Below, one piece after another: positions 26,141 through 34,296 of a stretch of DNA of 64,000 nucleotides. The notes under the pieces were generated by a model, which was not told where the DNA came from, made no database searches, and saw only the letters and a program-made list of their open reading frames with translations. The DNA is from Gemmatimonadota bacterium (GTDB taxonomy: Bacteria > Gemmatimonadota > Gemmatimonadetes > Gemmatimonadales > Gemmatimonadaceae). The DNA lies in assembly GCA_040389905.1 (NCBI GenBank), contig JAZJZK010000002.1, positions 23,401 through 87,400 on the forward strand, written 5' to 3'. Position 1 is the first letter of the stretch; every line of letters begins with the position of its first letter. The position numbers and the translations under genes were made by a program.

Positions 26141-27418
26141 ATGACCGAGCTCGAGGCTGGTCCAGGAAATAGGGGCCACGCGCCCGCACTGGGGCGCTGG
26201 TGGCAACTGTTTCTCGGCGTGATCTGCATGTCGATGATCGCCAACCTGCAATACGGTTGGACGCTCTTCGTCAACCCGATCAACGACAAGTATCACTGGG
26301 GGCGGCCCGCTATTCAGGTGGCGTTCACGATCTTTGTGCTGGTCGAGACGTGGCTCGTTCCCGCGGAAGGCTACCTCGTCGACCGAGTCGGGCCCAAGAT
26401 GGTGGCGGTCGTATCGGGGATACTGGTCAGCGCCTCGTGGGTCATCTTTTCGTACGCCGATTCGCTGTTCCTGTTCTACGTCGGGGCGGCGGTCGGCGGA
26501 ATCGGTGCTGGTGGTGTGTATGGCGCGTGCGTTGGAAATGCGCTCAAGTGGTTTCCAGACCGGCGTGGGCTCGCAGCCGGACTCACCGCGATGGGCTTTG
26601 GCGCGGGGTCGGCGCTCACGGTCTTTCCCATTGCCGCGATGATCAAGACGGCCGGCTACGAGGCGACGTTCTTCAAGTTCGGCATCGCGCAGGGCGCCGT
26701 CGTGTTCGTGCTCGGGTGGTTCCTGCTCGCGCCGAATGCGGGCCTCAAGGTGCCAGGAAAGTCAGGTGCGGCGGCTGTGGCAGCAACGAAAGAGTACACG
26801 CCGACAGAGATGCTCCGGACGCCGGCATTCTGGCTCATGTATCTCATGTTCGTCCTCATGGCCACTGGTGGTTTGATTGCGACGGCGCAGCTCACGCCGA
26901 TCGCCAAGGACATGGGCATCGCCGAGTCACCGGTGTTCATCCTGGGGATCACGCTGCCGGCGCTGACGTTCGCGCTCTCGATTGACCGTGTGCTGAACGG
27001 CATCAGCCGACCGTTCTTTGGTTGGATGTCCGACCATATCGGACGCGAGAACACGATGTTTGTCGCATTCGGGCTCGAAGGGGTGGCCATTCTTCTTCTG
27101 AACCAGTTCGGCGGTTCGCCGCTTGCGTTCGTGCTGCTCACCGCGCTGGTCTTTTTCGGATATGGAGAGATCTACAGTCTCTTCCCAGCCACATGCGCCG
27201 ATACGTACGGTCGTCGCTTCGCGTCCGCGAACGCCGGGCTGCTCTACACCGCGAAGGGAACAGCGTCATTGCTGGTGCCGTTGAGCAGCCTGATGGCGGC
27301 CGCGATGGGCGGATGGCACGCGGTCTTCATGGCGGCCGCCGTGATGAACCTGCTGGCCGCGGCGCTGGCGCTCCTTGTGCTCAAACCGATGCGGACGCGC
27401 ATGACGAACGGGACATGA
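26141..27418 (+). CDS. oxlT: Oxalate/formate antiporter (MFS)
   Basis: IANLQYGWTLFV.PI, GNALKWFPDRRGLAAGLTA, RPFFGW.SD.IGRENTM, NAGLLYTAKG. Confidence 0.9.
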   Translation: MTELEAGPGNRGHAPALGRWWQLFLGVICMSMIANLQYGWTLFVNPINDKYHWGRPAIQVAFTIFVLVETWLVPAEGYLVDRVGPKMVAVVSGILVSASWVIFSYADSLFLFYVGAAVGGIGAGGVYGACVGNALKWFPDRRGLAAGLTAMGFGAGSALTVFPIAAMIKTAGYEATFFKFGIAQGAVVFVLGWFLLAPNAGLKVPGKSGAAAVAATKEYTPTEMLRTPAFWLMYLMFVLMATGGLIATAQLTPIAKDMGIAESPVFILGITLPALTFALSIDRVLNGISRPFFGWMSDHIGRENTMFVAFGLEGVAILLLNQFGGSPLAFVLLTALVFFGYGEIYSLFPATCADTYGRRFASANAGLLYTAKGTASLLVPLSSLMAAAMGGWHAVFMAAAVMNLLAAALALLVLKPMRTRMTNGT

Positions 27419-28422
27419 AGATCGCCGTCGTGGGTGCCGGTGCGATCGGCGGGTACCTGGGAGGGTGGCTGTCCGCCGCTGGGGAGGATGTCACCTTCAT
27501 TGCGCGAGGGGCGAATCTCGACGCGATTCGGGCGAATGGCATGCGCGTCGTCGGTGAGGATGGCAGGGAGGTCGTCGCAACCGACACGCGCGCCTACGCG
27601 GACATGGGCGAGGCGGGCCCGCACGACGTCGTGTTGCTGACCGTCAAGGCGCATCAGGTGGCTGCAGTCGCCGAGGATCTTGGGCAGCTCTGTCATTCGG
27701 GGACGACGATCGTCACGATGCAGAACGGCATTCCATGGTGGTACTTCCACAAGCACGGTGGGCCATACGATGGTGCTGCTGTTCGCGCCGCTGATCCGGA
27801 TGGTGTCATCAGCCGTCATGTGGATTCAGAACGAATTATCGGGTCGGTTGTCTATCCCGCGGCAACGCTCGTCGCGCCCGGTGTTGTGCATGTTGTGGAG
27901 GGCCGGCGCTTTGCATTGGGTGAATTGAACGGGCAGTGGTCCGCGCGTGTGGAGGCGATTTCACAGCGTCTCGTGAAGGCGGGTTTCAAGGCGCCGGTCA
28001 TCGCGGACATTCGCAATGAGATCTGGCTCAAGGTGTGGGGCAACATGAGCTTCAACCCGATTAGCGCGCTCACGCATGCGACCCTGGTGGATTTGTTGCA
28101 GTTTCCGCTCACTCGGGAACTCAGCATTCAGATGATGAGGGAGGCGGAGGCGATTGCCGGGAAGCTCGGCATCACGTTCCGGGTTGGTATCGACAAGCGG
28201 ATCGCTGGCGCCGAGAAGGTGGGGGCGCACAAGACGTCGATGTTGCAGGATGTGGAGTCGGGGAAAGCGATCGAGCTCGAAGCGTTGGTTGGTGCGGTGG
28301 TCGAGCTTGGAGTTCTCACTGAGACACCGACACCGCATATCGATGCCGTGTATGCGTGTGCGTCGTTGCTGGCGAAGACACTCTCAGATTCTGGCGGACG
28401 TCTGATTATTGCTGGTCCTTGA
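27415..28422 (+). CDS. panE: 2-dehydropantoate 2-reductase family; probable oxalyl-CoA reductase (PanE2-like) by context
   Basis: GAGAIGG, QNGIPWWYF, WLKVWGN..FNPISAL, HKTSMLQD; ATGA overlap with oxlT. Confidence 0.88.
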   Translation: MKIAVVGAGAIGGYLGGWLSAAGEDVTFIARGANLDAIRANGMRVVGEDGREVVATDTRAYADMGEAGPHDVVLLTVKAHQVAAVAEDLGQLCHSGTTIVTMQNGIPWWYFHKHGGPYDGAAVRAADPDGVISRHVDSERIIGSVVYPAATLVAPGVVHVVEGRRFALGELNGQWSARVEAISQRLVKAGFKAPVIADIRNEIWLKVWGNMSFNPISALTHATLVDLLQFPLTRELSIQMMREAEAIAGKLGITFRVGIDKRIAGAEKVGAHKTSMLQDVESGKAIELEALVGAVVELGVLTETPTPHIDAVYACASLLAKTLSDSGGRLIIAGP

Positions 28423-29013
28423 CTGGCCACAAAGACGAAGGGCTCATGCGGATTCGACGGATTGAGCGGATTTCACGGGACGCTTCTCATTGGCGGTGCA
28501 GACAAGTCGGTAGAACTTTGCTTCGGGACCAAAGTGCAGGACCATGCCCACTTCAATATTGGTGGATTTGAGGTAGTTGTACGTTTGGCGAATAGAGATC
28601 TTGTTCATTTTGTACGTCGATTTGGTTTCGACGATGAGTTTGTCGTCGACGATGAGATCCATGCGTTGCGTGCCAAGTTCGTGACCCTTGTACATGACAC
28701 AAACCCTGTACTCTCGCACGACCTTATGACCGCGCTCCCGCAACTCGATTTCTAACGCCTTTACATACAGCCGCTCCAGAAATCCGAACCCGAGGGTGTT
28801 GTACACCTCGTAGAAGGCACCGATCACAGAGCGTGTGAGCCGCTCTTCGAGTAGTTGTCCTTTAGGCATGACCGAATCTTGCGAATCAATGCCTGCCATG
28901 CGTCATCAAAAAACAACGGCCGCGGTGCAAATCCACGCAACGAAACTCGGAACCATCCGCATAATCCGCTAAATCCGCAGAATCCGCATAGAACCCTTCG
29001 TCTTTGTAGCCAG
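28423..29013. mobile_element. Inverted-repeat-bounded GxxExxY cassette inserted in the oxalate operon
   Basis: Left CTGGCCACAAAGACGAAGGG versus reverse complement of the right end CTGGCTACAAAGACGAAGGG (19/20), each followed by four 9-bp CGGAT units. Mobility is inferred. Confidence 0.7.
28444..28869 (-). CDS. GxxExxY protein (PD-(D/E)XK nuclease-like)
   Basis: IGAFYEVYNTLGFGFLERLY (GxxExxY), RMDLIVDDKLIVETK, Q..NYLK. Alternative start 28899. Confidence 0.93.
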   Translation of the reverse strand: MPKGQLLEERLTRSVIGAFYEVYNTLGFGFLERLYVKALEIELRERGHKVVREYRVCVMYKGHELGTQRMDLIVDDKLIVETKSTYKMNKISIRQTYNYLKSTNIEVGMVLHFGPEAKFYRLVCTANEKRPVKSAQSVESA

Positions 29014-29015
29014 CG

Positions 29016-30548
29016 ATGAGCCATTCACCCCAAACGATCACAGATCTCTTGAAGGCAGGCGCAGATGACGCGCCCGCCCTCAGCACCCCTGGCGGAACGC
29101 CACTTTCGTACAACGCGCTCCGCCAACTCGTAGCCGACACTGGCAAGGCGCTCAACGAAAAGGCCATCGGCGCCGGCGACCGTGTCGCGATCGTCCTCGA
29201 CAACGGCCCGGAAATGGCCGCCGCGTTCCTCTGTGTCGGCGCCGCGGCAACAGCGGCCCCGCTCAATCCGAACTACCGCGCCGACGAATACGAGTTCTAC
29301 CTCACCGATCTGCGTGCAAAGTTGCTCATCGTCGGAGCAGGAAAAGAATCGCCCTCGATCGGCGTGGCAGAAAAACTCGGCGTTCCCATCGCCCGCCTCA
29401 CGCCCCATCCAGACAAGGGCGCGGGTAGTTTCACAATCGACTTCGGTGATTTCTCGCCGACAGAAGGCGCTGGTGCAAGTCGAGAAGTCACCCCCGACGA
29501 CACAGCACTCGTGCTGCACACGTCCGGCACGACCTCCCGCCCGAAAATCGTTCCGCTCGCCCAGAAGAACATCTGTGCCTCGGCGCGCAATATCCGCCAG
29601 TCACTCGCGCTCACGGCGGACGATCGCGGCATGGTCATCATGCCACTCTTTCACATTCACGGACTCATCGCCGCGTTGCTCGCGCCGCTTTCCGCAGGCG
29701 GTGAGGTGTCATGTACGACAGGGTTCAACGCACTGAAGTTCTTCACCTGGCTCGATGAAGTGAAGCCGACGTGGTACTCCGGTGTGCCCACGATGCATCA
29801 GGCGATCCTCCTTCGCGCGCCCAACAACGCCGACATCATCAAGTCACACCGACTGCGCTTCATCCGTTCGTCGTCGTCCTCATTGCCGACACGAGTGATC
29901 ACGGAAGTCGAAGCGCTATACGGTGTCCCGATTATCGAAGCGTACGGGATGACCGAGGCGGCACATCAAATGGCCACGAATCCGCTTCCACCGAAAGTTC
30001 GCAAGCCGGGTAGCGTGGGCCCATCCGGCGGGCCGGAAATCCGCATCGCCGACGAGACCGGCGCCACGGTGCCTGCCGGCGCAACCGGCGAGATCGTCAT
30101 CCGCGGACCCAACGTCATGACGGAGTACGAGAACAATCCGAAGGCCAACGCGGAAGCGTTCTACGGCGATTGGTTCCGCACCGGTGATCAGGGCGTGATG
30201 GACGAGGACGGTTACGTCAGCATCACCGGGCGCCTCAAGGAGATCATCAACCGCGGCGGCGAGAAGATCTCGCCACGCGAGGTGGACGAGATCATCATGG
30301 AGCATCCCGGCGTCCACCAATGCGTTACCTTCGGCATGCCGCACGACATGCTCGGCGAAGACGTCGCGGCGGCCGTCGTGCTCAAGCAAGGCGCTGACGT
30401 CACCGACAAGGAACTCCGTCAGTTCGCCGCCGTTCGTCTCGCGGACTTCAAGGTTCCGCGAAAGATCCTCATCCTCACGGAGATTCCGGTGGGTGCCACC
30501 GGAAAGCTCCAGCGCATTGGCCTCGCACAGAAACTGGGACTCGGATGA
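29016..30548 (+). CDS. Acyl-CoA ligase, probable oxalate--CoA ligase
   Basis: LHTSGTTSRPK, MPLFHIHGL, EAYGMTEAAHQM, WFRTGDQG, INRGGEKISP, TGKLQR (AAE3/Pcs60-like). Confidence 0.88.
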   Translation: MSHSPQTITDLLKAGADDAPALSTPGGTPLSYNALRQLVADTGKALNEKAIGAGDRVAIVLDNGPEMAAAFLCVGAAATAAPLNPNYRADEYEFYLTDLRAKLLIVGAGKESPSIGVAEKLGVPIARLTPHPDKGAGSFTIDFGDFSPTEGAGASREVTPDDTALVLHTSGTTSRPKIVPLAQKNICASARNIRQSLALTADDRGMVIMPLFHIHGLIAALLAPLSAGGEVSCTTGFNALKFFTWLDEVKPTWYSGVPTMHQAILLRAPNNADIIKSHRLRFIRSSSSSLPTRVITEVEALYGVPIIEAYGMTEAAHQMATNPLPPKVRKPGSVGPSGGPEIRIADETGATVPAGATGEIVIRGPNVMTEYENNPKANAEAFYGDWFRTGDQGVMDEDGYVSITGRLKEIINRGGEKISPREVDEIIMEHPGVHQCVTFGMPHDMLGEDVAAAVVLKQGADVTDKELRQFAAVRLADFKVPRKILILTEIPVGATGKLQRIGLAQKLGLG

Positions 30549-31693
30549 CACAGACACCGCCTCCGCCGCTCAATCCTCCCGAGCGTCTTCTCATGGGACC
30601 CGGCCCGAGCAATCCGGACCCTCGCGTGCTCGCCGCGATGGGTGCGAATCCCGTCGGTCACCTCGATCCGTATTTCGTCGACCTGATGGACCATACGATG
30701 GGCGCCCTTCGCGGCGTCTTTCGCACGGCGAACCACCACACCCTGCCGATTTCTGGCACCGGGTCTGCGGGCCTCGAAGCGATCATGCTCAACTTGCTCG
30801 AGCCAGGCGACAGTGCGGTCGTCTGCGTGATGGGCTACTTCGGACATCGGCTTGCCGAGCTCGCGCGGCGCTCGGGCGCAGATGTCCGCACCATCGAAGC
30901 AGGACCGGGCGAGATCATCGATCCCGCCGCCCTCGACGCGATGCTTACCGAGCGACCAGCGAAGCTCGTTGCCTTCGTGCATGTCGAAACGACGACGGGC
31001 GCGTGCCAGCCGATCCAACCGATGGTTGCCGCCGCAAAGAAGCACGGCGCACTGGTGGCGATGGACTGCGTCACGTCGCTCGCCGGTATCGAGCTCGAAA
31101 TCGACAAGTGGGGTGTCGACGCCGCTGGTTCGTGCACCCAGAAGGGGCTCGGCGCACCGGCTGGATTGGGTCCGATCACCGTAGGGCCCGCCGCGATGGC
31201 TGCGGTGCGCGCACGGAAGCAGAAGCCGCACACCTGGTACCTCGATCTCTCACTGCTCTTTCAGTATTGGGGCGAAGACGGCGCCACGAAGAAGCGCGCC
31301 TTCCACCACACCGCGCCTATCCAGAGTATCTACGGCATTCACGAGGCGTTGCGGCTCGTTCTCGAGGAAGGGCTCGAGGCACGCTGGGCGCGCCATCAGG
31401 CGGCGCACGAAACGCTGCTGCGCGGACTTGATCGTCTCGGGTTATCGCTCTTCACGCCCGCCGCAAACCGGTGCGCGACGATCAACGTGATCAACACGCC
31501 TGAGGGCATCGACGAAGCGAAGGTCCGCACCCGGTTACTGGACCTTGGCGTCGAAATGGGTGGAGGCCTTGGTGTGCTGGCGGGGAAGGTGTGGCGAGTT
31601 GGCGTGATGGGCTACAACGCGCAGGACGCGCGCGTCGAGCGTTTTGTCGGTGCGCTGGAGGAAGCTCTGTCTGCGGAGGGGTGGAGAGCGTAA
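30545..31693 (+). CDS. Alanine/serine--glyoxylate aminotransferase (class V PLP)
   Basis: RLLMGPGPS, SGTGSAG, HVETTTG, DCVTSL, TQKGL, HHTAP; ATGA overlap. Confidence 0.92.
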   Translation: MTQTPPPPLNPPERLLMGPGPSNPDPRVLAAMGANPVGHLDPYFVDLMDHTMGALRGVFRTANHHTLPISGTGSAGLEAIMLNLLEPGDSAVVCVMGYFGHRLAELARRSGADVRTIEAGPGEIIDPAALDAMLTERPAKLVAFVHVETTTGACQPIQPMVAAAKKHGALVAMDCVTSLAGIELEIDKWGVDAAGSCTQKGLGAPAGLGPITVGPAAMAAVRARKQKPHTWYLDLSLLFQYWGEDGATKKRAFHHTAPIQSIYGIHEALRLVLEEGLEARWARHQAAHETLLRGLDRLGLSLFTPAANRCATINVINTPEGIDEAKVRTRLLDLGVEMGGGLGVLAGKVWRVGVMGYNAQDARVERFVGALEEALSAEGWRA

Positions 31694-31700
31694 CAACAGC

Positions 31701-31742
31701 AGGTGCAGACCCCTCGACTCGCTTTGCTCGCTCGGGGTGACA
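31701..31742 (+). repeat. 42-bp REP-like unit
   Basis: AGGTGCAGACCCCTCGACTCGCTTTGCTCGCTCGGGGTGACA. Confidence 0.88.
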
Positions 31743-31759
31743 TTTGCCCGGATTGGGCG

Positions 31760-32257
31760 CTATGGCTTCTTCGACTCGATCCGGATTTCCTTGAGTGGAG
31801 CAAGTTCCGTTGGTAGCTCTGTGCTCCCGGCCGGAAAGCCATTCGACTTGAGTACGTACGCCAGCACATCGCTGATGAGCTGGCGTCCGTAAATGCCGGG
31901 ATCGTTCTTCGGCATCGTCGTGCGCACGCGCTCGTGGACGTCACCGACGGTGTAGCCGTTCCAGTTGCCGAGAAAGGCACCGCCGACGAGCGCGGGTGAT
32001 TCGTCGGCGCCCTCGAGCGAGGCCTGGTGGCACTTGGCGCAGTTCTGGTTGTACCCGGTCTTCCCACGCGTCGCCTGGTCTTCGGTGTACACGCTGTCCC
32101 AGACCGTACGACCAGGCCGCTGGCTGAGTGCGTGCCGCGGCGCGACCGTAAAGGCAGCGATGGCGACGAGCATGATCACACCAAGCGTTGTCACCCCGAG
32201 CAAGCGCAGCGCGTCGAGGGGTCTGCACCTCAGAGCTTTACCTCTCATCTCACGCAT
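31760..32257 (-). CDS. Monoheme cytochrome c
   Basis: TVWDSVYTEDQATRG, CAKCH, TMP axial Met; starts 6 nt after the dehydrogenase stop. Confidence 0.88.
   Translation of the reverse strand: MREMRGKALRCRPLDALRLLGVTTLGVIMLVAIAAFTVAPRHALSQRPGRTVWDSVYTEDQATRGKTGYNQNCAKCHQASLEGADESPALVGGAFLGNWNGYTVGDVHERVRTTMPKNDPGIYGRQLISDVLAYVLKSNGFPAGSTELPTELAPLKEIRIESKKP
32189..32230 (-). repeat. 42-bp REP-like unit inside the cytochrome c ORF
   Basis: Reverse complement AGGTGCAGACCCCTCGACGCGCTGCGCTTGCTCGGGGTGACA, near-identical to 31701-31742. Confidence 0.88.
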
Positions 32258-32263
32258 CGCGCT

Positions 32264-34261
32264 TTAGCGTCCATTAACGGATGGAAGGCGAAGTGCAATG
32301 AATTCCCCAGAATACGGGCCACCACTCACTGCCACGACAATGTATTGCTTCCCTCCCACAGCATAGGTCATCGGCGACCCACTGACCGGTGCGGGAAGCA
32401 GCACCTCACCGACCTCCTTGCCGGTCGCCTTGTCGTATGCGCGCAGCATCGCGCCGCGCGGCCGAGTCGCGAGCGTCGTCACCTGTGGGTCTCCGGCGAT
32501 GACGAGCGTCTTCGTCACGAGGGTCCCGACGATGAACCCGGGCTGTCCGGTGCGCGGGATGGTCATGTCCTTGAGTGCGGCGTGGTTCCGCACCGCATCT
32601 GGCGTCTCTCCGTGAGCCACTTGCCACTTGATCTCGCCCTTGTCGAGATCGATCGCCGAGAGGGTGCCGTAGGGCGGCTTGAAGATCGGTAGGCCTTGCA
32701 CATTGAATCCCCCGCCGCGCCCACCGGTCGCAACACCGGCAATCCAATCCATGTCGGAGCGTTCCTTGTCCGCCGGTTTCACGAGGCCGAGTGATACGGC
32801 CGCGGCGTTCGACGATGCAACGTAGACCGTGTGCGTTACCGGATCATAAGCGCCGCCGGGCCAATTCGTGCCACCATTGGTCGGACCGCGCGCAATGGTG
32901 CCCAATGGTCCCTCGGCCTTGCTGGCGACCGGCGGCGTGAAGATCGGACCAATCTTGTACTTGGAGGCAATCTCCAATCCGGCGGCCTTGAGCTCTGGAG
33001 TGAAGTCGATCAGGTCATCGGTGGACACACCATTCTTCGCATACGCAACGGGGCGCGTCGGAATGGGTTGTGTGGGTGAATACCACTCGCCGGGTACGTC
33101 ACCCTTTTCGACCGGGGTCTCCGTGAACGGCCACACGGGCTTTCCCGTCACACGGTCGAATACGTAGAGGATTCCCTGCTTGGTCGGCAATGCGACACTC
33201 TTGATCGCTCGCCCGCCAACCTTGATGTCCGCGAGGATTGGCGCCGAGGCAAGATCGAAGTCCCAGATGGGATGGTGCACGATCTGGTAATGCCACTTCT
33301 TCTTGCCCGTGCGCAGATCGAGGCACACGAGGCTCTCGCCATAGAGGTTGTTCCCCGGCCGGTGGCCGCCATAGTAGTCACCGGTCGGGGACTCGACCGG
33401 GAGATAGACGAGACCGAGTTCTTCATCGACCGTGACCTGCGTCCACACACCAGTATTTCCTGTGTACTCGGCGGATCCATTCTTCCAGCTGTCGTAGCCC
33501 GGCTCACCCTTGACCGGAATCGTATGAAAGGTCCAGAGGCGCTTGCCCGTTTTCACGTCGAAACCGCGCACGTAGCCCTTGTTGTTCCGGTAGCTCTTCG
33601 GCGCCGAGCCTTCCTTGAAAGCCGCGCCAATCACCACCACGTTGCGCCCGACGACAGGCGCTCCCTGATACCCGATCTCTCCGGTTGTGAGATCGGGCAA
33701 GATCGTCTGGTCGATATCCGTCTTGAGATCGACCACGCCGTCGGTGCCGAACGACGGGATTCGCGCGCCCGTCGCCGCACTCAAGGCGATCAGGCGGTAG
33801 CCCGGTGTGACGTAAAGAATCCGCGCCTCTTTACCATCGGTCCAATAGGCGAGTCCGCGTCCGGAAAGCGCTCTCGCCGCCGCTGCGCCCCGCTCGCCCT
33901 CGTCTTCCCGATGGACCCAGCGCTGTTCGCCCGTCACAGCATCGAGCGCCACGACCGCTCGGCCGGTGCCGCCTGTGGTGTACAACACGCCACCAACGAC
34001 GAGCGGCGTCCCTTCGAGCTTGAACTCGGGGCGCGGACCGAGCGAATCCGTCTTGAAGCGCCACGCCACTTCGAGCGTGCTGAAATTGTTCGCGGCGATC
34101 TGATCGAGCGGTGAATAGCGTGAGCCACGCGTATCACCCGTGTAGCTCGGCCATTCCCCCGTGCGCGTGGAGAAGGGAGCCTGCGTGGGCGCGGACTGCG
34201 CGTGCGCGAGGGAGTGCGAGGCGCACAGCGAAAGGAGCAGCAGCGGGACCACACGCATCAT
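32264..34261 (-). CDS. PQQ-dependent dehydrogenase (quinoprotein glucose dehydrogenase-like)
   Basis: SRYSPLDQI, GTPL, HHPIWDFD, GGTNWPGGAYDP, PPYG, PMTY..GGKQYIV; signal peptide. Confidence 0.92.
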   Translation of the reverse strand: MMRVVPLLLLSLCASHSLAHAQSAPTQAPFSTRTGEWPSYTGDTRGSRYSPLDQIAANNFSTLEVAWRFKTDSLGPRPEFKLEGTPLVVGGVLYTTGGTGRAVVALDAVTGEQRWVHREDEGERGAAAARALSGRGLAYWTDGKEARILYVTPGYRLIALSAATGARIPSFGTDGVVDLKTDIDQTILPDLTTGEIGYQGAPVVGRNVVVIGAAFKEGSAPKSYRNNKGYVRGFDVKTGKRLWTFHTIPVKGEPGYDSWKNGSAEYTGNTGVWTQVTVDEELGLVYLPVESPTGDYYGGHRPGNNLYGESLVCLDLRTGKKKWHYQIVHHPIWDFDLASAPILADIKVGGRAIKSVALPTKQGILYVFDRVTGKPVWPFTETPVEKGDVPGEWYSPTQPIPTRPVAYAKNGVSTDDLIDFTPELKAAGLEIASKYKIGPIFTPPVASKAEGPLGTIARGPTNGGTNWPGGAYDPVTHTVYVASSNAAAVSLGLVKPADKERSDMDWIAGVATGGRGGGFNVQGLPIFKPPYGTLSAIDLDKGEIKWQVAHGETPDAVRNHAALKDMTIPRTGQPGFIVGTLVTKTLVIAGDPQVTTLATRPRGAMLRAYDKATGKEVGEVLLPAPVSGSPMTYAVGGKQYIVVAVSGGPYSGEFIALRLPSVNGR

Positions 34262-34296
34262 TCGTCTCCAAGAATGGGAACTGGAACGCCCAAGGG

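Noticed and set aside
28423..29013. Classical IS element
   Set aside because: No DDE, HUH or serine transposase motif and no target-site duplication; kept as an atypical element.
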